64,000 bases of DNA from Cyclobacteriaceae bacterium. Lineage in GTDB: Bacteria; Bacteroidota; Bacteroidia; Cytophagales; Cyclobacteriaceae. This document shows, piece after piece, positions 47,467-56,215 of the stretch. The notes beneath the pieces were generated by a model that worked only from the letters and a program-made list of their open reading frames with translations, was not told the origin of the DNA and made no database searches. Within the stretch, counting starts at the first letter, position 1. Every line of letters starts with the position of its first letter. A program made the translations under genes and the position numbers. The DNA lies in assembly GCA_040222235.1 (NCBI GenBank), contig JAVKDO010000066.1, positions 13,545-77,544 on the forward strand. Direction: 5' to 3'.

Positions 47467-48759
47467 GTGTCAGAAGAGAAGAAAATAGTAAGTAAGGCGA
47501 TCATAGCCGACTTTCATGAGCGCGACCTGTCAGATATAACTGATCGCAACATGGAGATCCCTTATGATATCCCTAAAGTCGTATCTTTTCTTGGCCCAAG
47601 GAGAGCCGGTAAAACTTCACTTTGCCTGCAAATAGTAAGGCACCTACGTCAGGGGATACCCCCAGATCGCCTTACTTACATCAATTTTGAGGATGATCGA
47701 TTGTATCCTTTAGAGCTTCAGGATATGGATTCATTTGTGGAATCCTACTATGAACTTTATCCAGAAAACAGAGACCATCTTGTCTACTTTTTTTTCGACG
47801 AAGTACAGGAGGTAGACGGTTGGGAAAAATTCATCCGACGGCTCCATGATCAGGAAAAATGCCGCATATACCTCACAGGATCATCCTCCAAGCTGCTGAG
47901 CAGAGAAATAGCCACATCGCTGAGAGGCCGTACTTTACCGTATGAGGTATTTCCATTGTCTTTTGAGGAATATTTGAATTTCACAAATGTTAAGGGCAAT
48001 CCAAATTCATCAAGAGGGAAAACCACGCTACAACATTCCTTTTTGAAATTTATGAATCAGGGGGGCTTCCCCGAGCTTGTGTTTTTAAACGAGACTTTTC
48101 ATCGACGTACAGTCAGTGAATACATCGATCTGATGCTCTACAAAGACCTAGTGGAGCGATTTGGAGTGCGAACCCCTTCATTGTTGAAGTATTTGTTGAA
48201 ATACACGTTGGATAATGTATCGACGCTGTTGAGTGTAAATAAGCTCTATAACGACCTTAAATCACAGGGGTATGCGGTGAGTAAAAACACCGTTTATGAA
48301 TACCTCTCGTATCTCGAAGAAGCCTTTATCTTATTTCGGGTGCAGCGATGGAGTAAATCTGAACGGCAGAAAAGCATTAATCCTGACAAAATCTACACAG
48401 TAGACCCAGCCTTTAAGTATGTGATGACTGGAGGTTCTGATAAAGGAAGAGTACTGGAAAATATGGTGTTCTTGGCGCTAAGGAGGCTGGGGCATGAACC
48501 TAACTACTGGAAAGGAAAGCAAGAGGTAGATTTCTACGAGGAAGGAAAATACCTGATCAATGTCTGTCTCGATATGTCCGATCTTGATACGAGGAAACGG
48601 GAGCTGAAAGTAATGAACGAGGCAATGGGGGAAACGCGACTTACCGAGTCAGTGATCGTAACACTCGATCAACAAGGATCAGAGCAGCTTGCAAACGGAG
48701 TGGTCCGAATTGTATTGGCCAGAGAATTTTGCATGGGTGTAGAAGCATATCTAGAATAA
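47467..48759 (+). CDS. AAA-family ATPase with C-terminal DUF4143-type domain
   Basis: 430 aa. Walker A GPRRAGKTS, Walker B VYFFFDEVQ, sensor/Arg region (YLTGSSSKLLSREIATSLRGR), C-terminal DUF4143-like EVDFY segment. GTG start. Confidence 0.8.
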   Translation: MSEEKKIVSKAIIADFHERDLSDITDRNMEIPYDIPKVVSFLGPRRAGKTSLCLQIVRHLRQGIPPDRLTYINFEDDRLYPLELQDMDSFVESYYELYPENRDHLVYFFFDEVQEVDGWEKFIRRLHDQEKCRIYLTGSSSKLLSREIATSLRGRTLPYEVFPLSFEEYLNFTNVKGNPNSSRGKTTLQHSFLKFMNQGGFPELVFLNETFHRRTVSEYIDLMLYKDLVERFGVRTPSLLKYLLKYTLDNVSTLLSVNKLYNDLKSQGYAVSKNTVYEYLSYLEEAFILFRVQRWSKSERQKSINPDKIYTVDPAFKYVMTGGSDKGRVLENMVFLALRRLGHEPNYWKGKQEVDFYEEGKYLINVCLDMSDLDTRKRELKVMNEAMGETRLTESVIVTLDQQGSEQLANGVVRIVLAREFCMGVEAYLE

Positions 48760-48940
48760 ATGAAACTGTCTCGTATTCTCCGTCCATTGAGATGTCAAAT
48801 GCCTAACGTAATGGCTGTTGCGTTGATCTTTATTGCAGGTTAAGCTTTGCCATATCATTGAGCACAAGTGATATGGCAGCAAGGTTACTTTTTCGATGGC
48901 TTTGTTATCTATTTCCCTTCGCGTATTCCCTATTCCCACC

Positions 48941-48948
48941 TATATTTG
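48941..48948 (+). promoter_or_regulatory. Candidate -7 promoter box (TAnnTTTG) driving the SAM riboswitch-metH transcript
   Basis: TATATTTG ends 5 nt before the first nucleotide of riboswitch helix P1 (48953). Confidence 0.45.
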
Positions 48949-48952
48949 CAGG

Positions 48953-49073
48953 ACTTATCAAGAAAGACCGAGGGATTAGGCCCTATGACGTCTTAGCAAC
49001 CTTTTCTTCTAGCTTGCCTAGGAACGAATTTCGGTGCTAACTCCTTGTTCAGCTGATGCTGAAAGAGATAAGT
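48953..49073 (+). promoter_or_regulatory. SAM-I (S-box) riboswitch aptamer in the met operon leader
   Basis: P1 ACUUAUC/GAUAAGU. Conserved cores AAGAAAG, GAGGGAuuaGGCCCuAUGA, UAGCAACC, GGUGCUAACUCC and GAAAGAGAUAAG, in the canonical order and spacing. 58 nt upstream of the homocysteine methyltransferase gene. Confidence 0.9.
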
Positions 49074-49131
49074 AGACCAACCTCTACTTTCTCGCTCGTT
49101 TTTCTGATAGGCCAACTGTAAAAGTGAACGG

Positions 49132-50139
49132 ATGAAAAGTATTCAAGAAATACTGAAAGAGCGAATATTGGTGTTGGACGGTGCAATGGGCACTATGATC
49201 CAGCGCTATAAACTCGAGGAAGATGATTTCCGCAATGCGGAATTGAAGAATCACCCTTCTCCGTTGAAGGGTAACAACGACTTGCTTGGATTGACACGGC
49301 CCGAAATCCTAAAGGAGATACACGCGACCTATTTTGAGGCTGGAGCTGATATCGCTGAGACCAATACATTTAGTGGAACGACGATAGCTCAGGCAGACTA
49401 TAGTCTCGAGCATATGGTCGATCAGATCAACTATGAATCTGCCAGAATAGCCCGAGAGGTGGCTGACGAGTTCACAGCACGGGAGCCTCATAAACCGAGG
49501 TTTGTTGCAGGATCGATGGGGCCGACTAATAAGACAGCCTCGTTATCCCCAGATGTGAATGACCCGGGTTATCGTGCTATTACTTTCGAAGAATTAAAAA
49601 CAGCTTATTACCAACAAGCCAAGGCGCTGATGGAGGGAGGCGTAGATTTATTTTTGGTAGAGACAGTCTTTGACACCCTGAATGCCAAAGCGGCATTAAT
49701 GGCGTTGGATGAGTTGTTCGTTGAAGTAGGCAAGCAATACCCGATCATGGTTTCGGGTACGATCACAGATGCTAGCGGCCGCACCTTATCAGGTCAGACC
49801 ACTGAGGCATTTCTGATTTCAGTTTCGCACTTACCGCTCTTGAGTGTTGGTCTGAACTGTGCCTTAGGAGCCCGTCAATTGCGACCTTACTTGCAGGTGC
49901 TGGCCAAGAAGTCAGATTTTCTGGTAAGTGCCCATCCTAATGCCGGCCTGCCAAATGAGTTTGGTGAATATGACCAGACGCCAGAAGAGATGAGTGCTGA
50001 AGTTGAAGAGTACTTGAAAGAAAGCTTAGTCAACATTGTAGGCGGTTGCTGCGGATCTACCCCAGATCATATCAGAGCTATCGCCAATGCAGCAGCCAAT
50101 TACCAACCGCGTGTAGTACCCCAATTAGCATCCGTTTAA
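49132..50139 (+). CDS. Homocysteine S-methyltransferase domain protein (separately encoded N-terminal module of methionine synthase)
   Basis: 335 aa. [13 protein letters not shown] start, Zn-binding Cys pattern (GLNCALG ... GGCCGSTP). Confidence 0.9.
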   Translation: MKSIQEILKERILVLDGAMGTMIQRYKLEEDDFRNAELKNHPSPLKGNNDLLGLTRPEILKEIHATYFEAGADIAETNTFSGTTIAQADYSLEHMVDQINYESARIAREVADEFTAREPHKPRFVAGSMGPTNKTASLSPDVNDPGYRAITFEELKTAYYQQAKALMEGGVDLFLVETVFDTLNAKAALMALDELFVEVGKQYPIMVSGTITDASGRTLSGQTTEAFLISVSHLPLLSVGLNCALGARQLRPYLQVLAKKSDFLVSAHPNAGLPNEFGEYDQTPEEMSAEVEEYLKESLVNIVGGCCGSTPDHIRAIANAAANYQPRVVPQLASV

Positions 50140-50140
50140 T

Positions 50141-52831
50141 ATGACGCAAGAATTACCGCCATTGAAGTTATCAGGGCTTGAGCCACTGATTATAGATAAG
50201 CATACCAATTTTGTGAATGTTGGAGAGCGCACCAATGTCACAGGATCGAAGCGATTCGCAAGACTGATACTCGAAGATAAGTATGAGGAAGCGCTGGATG
50301 TTGCGCTAGATCAAGTCAGAGGAGGAGCGCAGATCCTGGATGTCAACATGGACGAAGGGATGCTCGATGGTGAGAAGGCCATGGTGCGCTTTCTCCATCT
50401 TATCGCTAGTGAGCCCGAGATTTCACGAATCCCAGTGATGATTGACTCTTCTAAGTGGCATATCATAGAGGCAGGTTTACAATGTGTACAAGGTAAGGCT
50501 GTAGTTAACTCTATCAGCTTAAAAGCCGGAGAAGAGGAGTTCCTTTACCAAGCTCGTAAGATCAAGCAATATGGTGCTGCTGTCATTATCATGGCTTTTG
50601 ATGAAGACGGTCAGGCCGATAGCTATAAGCGCAGAATCGAGATTTGTGAGCGAGCCTATCGACTACTCGTTGATAAAGTCAGCTTTGCTCCTCAAGACAT
50701 CATCTTTGATCCGAATATTTTCCCAGTCGCCACGGGCATTGACGAGCACAATAACAATGCAGTTGACTTTTTTCAGGCTACTGAATGGATAAAAAAGAAT
50801 CTCCCAGGAGCCAAGATTAGCGGAGGGGTGAGCAACGTATCCTTCTCATTCCGAGGTAACAATGTTGTTCGGGAAGCCATGCACAGTGCCTTTTTATACC
50901 ACAGCATCAAGGCAGGAATGGACATGGGAATTGTCAATGCCGGTATGATAGAGGTATATGACGAGATACCCAAGGATTTGCTTGAGAGGGTAGAAGATGT
51001 CCTGCTCAATCGTCGAGCAGATGCTACCGAGCGGCTACTTGAATTCGCCGAGCAAGTCAAAGGCGGTGGAAAGGTCAAGGTAAGAGACGATCGTTGGCGA
51101 GAAGAACCATTAGAAAAGCGGCTGGAACATGCATTGGTAAAAGGCATTATTGACCACATCGAAGAGGATACTGAGGAAGCCAGATTGAAACTCAACAGCC
51201 CTCTCAAAGTGATAGAAGGCCCATTGATGGATGGTATGAATGTCGTTGGAGGCCTTTTTGGTGAAGGAAAGATGTTTTTGCCTCAGGTAGTGAAAAGCGC
51301 TAGAGTGATGAAAAAAGCTGTTGCGTATTTGGTCCCCTATCTGGAAGAAGAGAAAAGAATCGCTGGTGATCAAAGAGCCAACGCAAAAATATTACTGGCG
51401 ACAGTTAAGGGCGATGTACACGATATAGGTAAGAATATCGTCGGTGTGGTACTGGCCTGCAACAACTATGACATAATCGACCTAGGAGTAATGGTGCCTG
51501 CAGAGAAAATACTGGAGCGAGCAGAGGAGGAAGGTGTTGATATCATTGGCCTCAGTGGCCTCATCACGCCTTCACTGGATGAGATGGTACATGTCGCCAA
51601 GGAAATGGAGCGCAGAGGGATGAAGACGCCATTGCTTATTGGTGGGGCCACCACGTCTCGCATTCATACTGCGGTGAAGATCGCCCCTTCATATAGCGGC
51701 TCTGTGGTGCACGTACTTGATGCTTCCAAGAGTGTGCCTGTAGCTGGTGAGTTGATCGGTAAAGATTCCAAGGAGGCTTTCGCAAGCAAAGTCATTGCTG
51801 AGTATGCAGACCTGAGGGAAGCACACCAAAACCGTCAGAAGGATAAAAATTATGTCTCATTCCTCGAGGCAAAGCGCAATAGAACGAAAATAGAATGGTC
51901 TTCGCAGGCTCCAGCCATACCGAAGGTCACTGGCACGCATATTTTCGATGACTATGACCTATCGGAAATCAGAGCCTACATCGATTGGACACCCTTCTTT
52001 CAGACATGGATGCTCAAAGGCAAGTACCCTAAGATCCTGAAAGACCCGGTCATTGGGGTGGAGGCACAGAAGCTGTTTGATGACGCTACCGCAATGCTGG
52101 ACGACATTATTGCCAACAAGTCTTTAATTGCTAAAGCAGTCATTGGTATTTACCCAGCCAACGCTGATGGCGAGGATGCTGTTGTCTGGAATGGTGACGA
52201 CAGAGCTGAAGAAAGAGCAAGGTTTCATTTTCTGAGACAGCAAGGAAAGAAGGCAAGTAATCTTCCCAATATATCGCTGATTGATTTTCTGACACCCGTG
52301 TCTGAAAATAAGCCTGATCACTTGGGTGGGTTTGCCGTTACGGCAGGTATTGGTATAGAGCAGATGATTGCAAAGTTTGAAGCAGACCATGACGACTACA
52401 ATATCATCATGGTCAAGGCACTGGCGGATCGTCTGGCAGAAGCTTTCGCTGAACTGATGCATGCTAAAGTCAGAAGGGAACTCTGGGGCTATGCCACGGA
52501 TGAAGCTTTAGATAATGAGTCGCTCATCAGGGAAAAATATCAAGGTATTCGTCCTGCGCCAGGTTATCCTGCATGTCCAGATCACACCGAGAAGAGAATT
52601 CTTTTCGATCTGCTTGAAGTAGAAAAGAACACAGGCATTAGTCTGACTGAGTCGTTTGCGATGTACCCAGCATCTTCGGTAAGTGGGTTTTATTTTGCTA
52701 ACCCAGAGTCCAAGTATTTTGGCTTGGGTAAGATTGAAAAGGATCAGGTCGAGGATTATGCCAAAAGAAAGAACATGAAATTGGCGGTAGCGGAAAAATG
52801 GCTGTCTCCCAATCTTAACTACGAAATCTAA
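50141..52831 (+). CDS. metH: Methionine synthase (cobalamin-dependent): pterin-binding, B12-binding and reactivation modules
   Basis: 896 aa. LSGLEPL...[12 protein letters not shown] pterin domain, B12 motif [11 protein letters not shown] with SGL...GG, C-terminal AdoMet-binding module ([12 protein letters not shown]). Its ATG lies 1 nt after the stop of the preceding gene. Confidence 0.95.
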   Translation: MTQELPPLKLSGLEPLIIDKHTNFVNVGERTNVTGSKRFARLILEDKYEEALDVALDQVRGGAQILDVNMDEGMLDGEKAMVRFLHLIASEPEISRIPVMIDSSKWHIIEAGLQCVQGKAVVNSISLKAGEEEFLYQARKIKQYGAAVIIMAFDEDGQADSYKRRIEICERAYRLLVDKVSFAPQDIIFDPNIFPVATGIDEHNNNAVDFFQATEWIKKNLPGAKISGGVSNVSFSFRGNNVVREAMHSAFLYHSIKAGMDMGIVNAGMIEVYDEIPKDLLERVEDVLLNRRADATERLLEFAEQVKGGGKVKVRDDRWREEPLEKRLEHALVKGIIDHIEEDTEEARLKLNSPLKVIEGPLMDGMNVVGGLFGEGKMFLPQVVKSARVMKKAVAYLVPYLEEEKRIAGDQRANAKILLATVKGDVHDIGKNIVGVVLACNNYDIIDLGVMVPAEKILERAEEEGVDIIGLSGLITPSLDEMVHVAKEMERRGMKTPLLIGGATTSRIHTAVKIAPSYSGSVVHVLDASKSVPVAGELIGKDSKEAFASKVIAEYADLREAHQNRQKDKNYVSFLEAKRNRTKIEWSSQAPAIPKVTGTHIFDDYDLSEIRAYIDWTPFFQTWMLKGKYPKILKDPVIGVEAQKLFDDATAMLDDIIANKSLIAKAVIGIYPANADGEDAVVWNGDDRAEERARFHFLRQQGKKASNLPNISLIDFLTPVSENKPDHLGGFAVTAGIGIEQMIAKFEADHDDYNIIMVKALADRLAEAFAELMHAKVRRELWGYATDEALDNESLIREKYQGIRPAPGYPACPDHTEKRILFDLLEVEKNTGISLTESFAMYPASSVSGFYFANPESKYFGLGKIEKDQVEDYAKRKNMKLAVAEKWLSPNLNYEI

Positions 52832-52837
52832 TCAACC

Positions 52838-53791
52838 ATGAAGGTTACTGAACACCTTAGTACCGCTAAGGATACTTTATTCTCGATAGAGATATTACCC
52901 CCACTGAAAGGACAAAATATTCAAAAGATATTTGATGCGCTTGATCCTTTGATGGAGTTTAAACCACCGTTTATCGATGTGACCTATCATCGTGAGGAGT
53001 ACATCCTGAAGCCTCGAAAGGATGGGGGTTATGACCGAATGGCCACACGAAAGCGGCCGGGTACCGTTGGTATTTGCGCTGCATTGCAAAATCGGTATCA
53101 TATCGATCCCGTACCTCATATTATATGTGGAGGCTTTACTCAGGAAGAGACGGAGAATGCATTGATTGATCTCAACTTTCTTGGTATTGACAATGTCCTG
53201 GTCATACGTGGTGATCATCTCTCTACGGAGAAAAGTTTTAGTCCTGAGCCTAATGGGAATAATTATGCCACTGACCTTGTGAATCAGGTAGTTGGGATGA
53301 ATAAAGGACAATATCGAGACGAATCCTTACAGAATGCTCATCCGACAGATTTTTGTATTGGAGTGTCTGGTTATCCTGAGAAGCATTTCGAAGCTCCTAA
53401 TATGAAGCTTGATTTGAAGTATCTAAAGATGAAAATTGAGATGGGCGCAGAGTACATTGTTACTCAGATGTTTTTTGACAATCAGAAGTACTTTGACTTT
53501 GTGGATACATGTAGGGCAGAGGGGATCACAGTACCTATTATCCCTGGACTGAAGCCTATTACGACTAAAAAACAGATGAAAGTGTTGCCTAGTATCTTCC
53601 ATATTGATCTTCCAGATGATCTGGTAGACGCATTGGATGACTGCAAGGACAATGAGGCGGCAAAGCAGGTTGGTATCGACTGGTGCATCCAACAGTCAAA
53701 AGACCTGATGGCCAAGGGAGCCCCTGTACTTCATTATTACACCATGAGCAAGTCTGATCCTGTGCTGAGCATTGCAAAGGCGCTGTTCTAA
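52838..53791 (+). CDS. metF: Methylenetetrahydrofolate reductase
   Basis: 317 aa. FSIEILPP start, FIDVTYH, and the typical MetF TIM-barrel pattern (VLVIRGD, ITQMFFD). Confidence 0.9.
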   Translation: MKVTEHLSTAKDTLFSIEILPPLKGQNIQKIFDALDPLMEFKPPFIDVTYHREEYILKPRKDGGYDRMATRKRPGTVGICAALQNRYHIDPVPHIICGGFTQEETENALIDLNFLGIDNVLVIRGDHLSTEKSFSPEPNGNNYATDLVNQVVGMNKGQYRDESLQNAHPTDFCIGVSGYPEKHFEAPNMKLDLKYLKMKIEMGAEYIVTQMFFDNQKYFDFVDTCRAEGITVPIIPGLKPITTKKQMKVLPSIFHIDLPDDLVDALDDCKDNEAAKQVGIDWCIQQSKDLMAKGAPVLHYYTMSKSDPVLSIAKALF

Positions 53792-54042
53792 ACAATCTCG
53801 CTTTTTATCGTCTCAGTGCTTCCCTCATAGAGACTTTCTGGATCAAAATCGGCACCATTATCCCAAACTATGGTATCGAAGCTAACGCGAACAGAATTAA
53901 ACAGTTTAACGTCCTTTAGCTCCTTGAAAACTCCAACTTCAAGGTAGGGATTCATATCAAATATTCTTGACTCATTATTATCAAAAGTCAGTAGTAGCTT
54001 ATATCCATTTTTGGGTTTGACATTAATTACGCTCAAGTACAT
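53788..54042 (-). CDS. DUF2442-domain protein
   Basis: 84 aa from the internal Met (MYLSVINVKPKNGYKLLLTFDNNESRIFDM...VSFDTIVWDNGADFDPESLY), which is the DUF2442 pattern. The longer 115-aa ORF in the track would overlap the upstream gene. Confidence 0.75.
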   Translation of the reverse strand: MYLSVINVKPKNGYKLLLTFDNNESRIFDMNPYLEVGVFKELKDVKLFNSVRVSFDTIVWDNGADFDPESLYEGSTETIKSEIV

Positions 54043-54049
54043 AATGTGC

Positions 54050-54314
54050 TCATTTAAGTGGAGTGATCTTAAAAGGTGCTTCACCATTTTGACATAATTC
54101 CCAGTCATCCTGGAGTTCTTCTCGATGGATCTCAACCCAAGCTTGGATTAGCCGAAATTGCCGCGTTGGTAATTTTCCAGATATTAACTCACCATTGTCG
54201 ATACTGACCGAAGACTTAAATCTTGGTAGTACGCGTGAATGTGAGGGGATTGTGCTCTTTAGGAGCATAATACATTCTTATGATTATCCCAAAAAACATC
54301 GAAATGGTGGGCAT
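54050..54314 (-). pseudogene. DUF4160-family gene disrupted by two 1-nt frameshifts
   Basis: Own three-frame reading. Frame A: MPTISMFFGIIIRMYYAPKEHNP. Next frame: PHIHAYYQD. Third frame: FKSSVSIDNGELISGKLPTRQFRLIQAWVEIHREELQDDWELCQNGEAPFKITPLK. Joined, these give a full-length canonical DUF4160. The shifts fall at G4 (54245..54248) and A3 (54218..54220) on the + strand. Confidence 0.7.
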
Positions 54315-54408
54315 TCTAAAATGTTTATATAAGTATAGTCAATGTAGATTTTGATTAGGAGGTATTTGGTTTCCACAAGGTAGATCATCTATAATTTATC
54401 CTGTTTTT

Positions 54409-54747
54409 CTATTTAGATTCCATCTTCTGCAATACTTCAGATTTGAGGGGATTCAGGTATTTTTTAAGAATTACCCAAACAATGGAGTTGTCAATGCTAT
54501 CATAGGCGTGCACAAGTCGATTCCTAAAACCTATGATTTGCTTAGCATGAATAAGTGATTCATCAGGAGATTCTTTCAGAAACTGGTTCACCGCTTCTCC
54601 GAGAATACTCAGTTGTCTCTCAACCGCACTTTGAGTTTTGAGATCGCTATTGTATTTCTCAAATGTATTCATAGCAGCAATAAACTCCTCAATTAGTGCA
54701 ATGGCCAATACGATATCAGACAGATACTTCTTTCCCCGATCTGTCAT
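54409..54747 (-). CDS. hepT: HepT-like (DUF86) RNase toxin of a type VII toxin-antitoxin pair
   Basis: 112 aa with the Rx4HxY active-site motif (FRNRLVHAYDSI). Confidence 0.85.
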   Translation of the reverse strand: MTDRGKKYLSDIVLAIALIEEFIAAMNTFEKYNSDLKTQSAVERQLSILGEAVNQFLKESPDESLIHAKQIIGFRNRLVHAYDSIDNSIVWVILKKYLNPLKSEVLQKMESK

Positions 54748-55051
54748 AGATTAACACCTTATTTTCTTTAATGGACGAGCTAAGGACGGGATTTTTTAAG
54801 GATTCATCCGTAAGCAAATCTACTTTTTTATCAAATAGCAACTCCAGACTATCCCATAGGCCTATTAAGTTTTCTCCACGATCCATTGGACTCATTACAT
54901 CCATAGTCACCAAAAGATCTATATCACTAGTAACAGGATCAAACTTGTCTGTCACAACAGACCCAAAAGCGTATAAGCGATTAACGCCATAGTCGGAGCA
55001 CAACTGAACTATGGCTGCAGTATGTTTTGAAATATAAGTCTGCTTTAGCAT
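54716..55051 (-). CDS. mntA: MntA-like minimal nucleotidyltransferase antitoxin
   Basis: 111 aa. GSx(n)DxD NTase motif (LYAFGSVVTDKF...SDIDLLV). It overlaps the hepT start by 32 nt. Confidence 0.85.
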   Translation of the reverse strand: MLKQTYISKHTAAIVQLCSDYGVNRLYAFGSVVTDKFDPVTSDIDLLVTMDVMSPMDRGENLIGLWDSLELLFDKKVDLLTDESLKNPVLSSSIKENKVLIYDRSGKEVSV

Positions 55052-55200
55052 CTGATAAAGATAGTAGTTTCGTGGAATCTGTTTTGGTTCCTATCCAATT
55101 TCAGGAGCTACATGTACTAACTTGTAAGGTTCCTAACTGCATCGCGTTTATATATGATCAATCCTTGGATTCTATTCGCTTCCCAGTATGATTCTTTACC

Positions 55201-55208
55201 TAATTTTG
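55201..55208 (+). promoter_or_regulatory. Candidate -7 promoter box (TAnnTTTG) for the HMG-CoA lyase gene
   Basis: TAATTTTG, 19 nt upstream of the ATG at 55228. Confidence 0.4.
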
Positions 55209-55227
55209 AATCGATAACACATTGCCC

Positions 55228-56082
55228 ATGAAGATCATCGAATGCCCACGGGACGCCATGCAGGGTCTGCATGACTTCATCCCCACCGAAGAAAAAGCTG
55301 CCTACCTCAACCAACTGCTAAAAGTTGGCTTTGACACAATCGACTTTGGGAGCTTTGTTTCTCCAAAAGCCATTCCGCAGTTGAGGGATACCGCCGAGGT
55401 GCTCAGGCAGCTCAAGCTAGGAGACTCGAAATCAAAACTCTTGGCTATTGTTGCCAATGAACGTGGAGCTAAGGATGCAGCCTCTTTTTCTGAAATTCGC
55501 TATCAAGGCTTCCCACTGTCCTTATCAGACACCTTCCAGCAGCGCAATACCAATAAATCGATTGATGAAGCGCTGGATACTGTAGCTAGTATTCAGGAGA
55601 TATGTTTACCGGTGAATCAAAAGTTGGTGGTCTATTTGTCTATGGGTTTTGGTAATCCTTATGGTGATCCATATGACACTTCATATATTTCAGCGTTCGT
55701 ACAGAAGCTTGATAGACTGGGTATTACCATCATTTCATTGGCGGATACCATTGGTGTGGCTACCCCAGAGATAATTAGTAATGTTTTTCCCAAGGTACAG
55801 TCTGCTTATCCACATATAGAGTTCGGAGCACACCTACACTCTAATCTGGCTACCGCAATAGAAAAGGTCAAAGCGGCTTATGAAGCCGGTTGTCGCAGGA
55901 TTGATAGTGCAATTCTAGGAATTGGTGGCTGCCCTATGGCAAAGGATGAATTGGTGGGTAACTTAGCTACCGAAACACTACTTGGATTTTTATCTGATAC
56001 CGAGCTGACCGGCGATATAGATCAGTCGGCATGGTCAGAGTCTTTGAGACAGGCATCAATGCTTTTCGACAAGTACAACTAA
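55228..56082 (+). CDS. Hydroxymethylglutaryl-CoA lyase
   Basis: About 284 aa from the ATG at 55228 (MKIIECPRDAMQG...); the ORF track starts 2 codons earlier at a TTG. DRE-TIM family pattern: ECPRDAMQG, ADTIGVATP, HLHSN. Confidence 0.9.
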   Translation: MKIIECPRDAMQGLHDFIPTEEKAAYLNQLLKVGFDTIDFGSFVSPKAIPQLRDTAEVLRQLKLGDSKSKLLAIVANERGAKDAASFSEIRYQGFPLSLSDTFQQRNTNKSIDEALDTVASIQEICLPVNQKLVVYLSMGFGNPYGDPYDTSYISAFVQKLDRLGITIISLADTIGVATPEIISNVFPKVQSAYPHIEFGAHLHSNLATAIEKVKAAYEAGCRRIDSAILGIGGCPMAKDELVGNLATETLLGFLSDTELTGDIDQSAWSESLRQASMLFDKYN

Positions 56083-56215
56083 TTGTAAATTTAGACTTTA
56101 CATTCAAACTATTCTACTGCCATTTCATTTAGTAAGAGCGGTCAATTATTTCAACTAGAGTTAATACTTCCGAACGCCCTATTTATTTAAATGAATCTTT
56201 CACCAAGATAGCCCG

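Noticed and set aside
48858-49040. 60-aa ORF upstream of the met operon.
   Set aside because: It overlaps the SAM-I riboswitch aptamer and its promoter box. The RNA element explains the conservation-like structure better than a peptide does.
53788-54135. 115-aa version of the DUF2442 ORF.
   Set aside because: The first 31 codons overlap the C-terminus of the DUF4160 gene and do not resemble the family. The internal Met at 54042 gives the canonical DUF2442 start.
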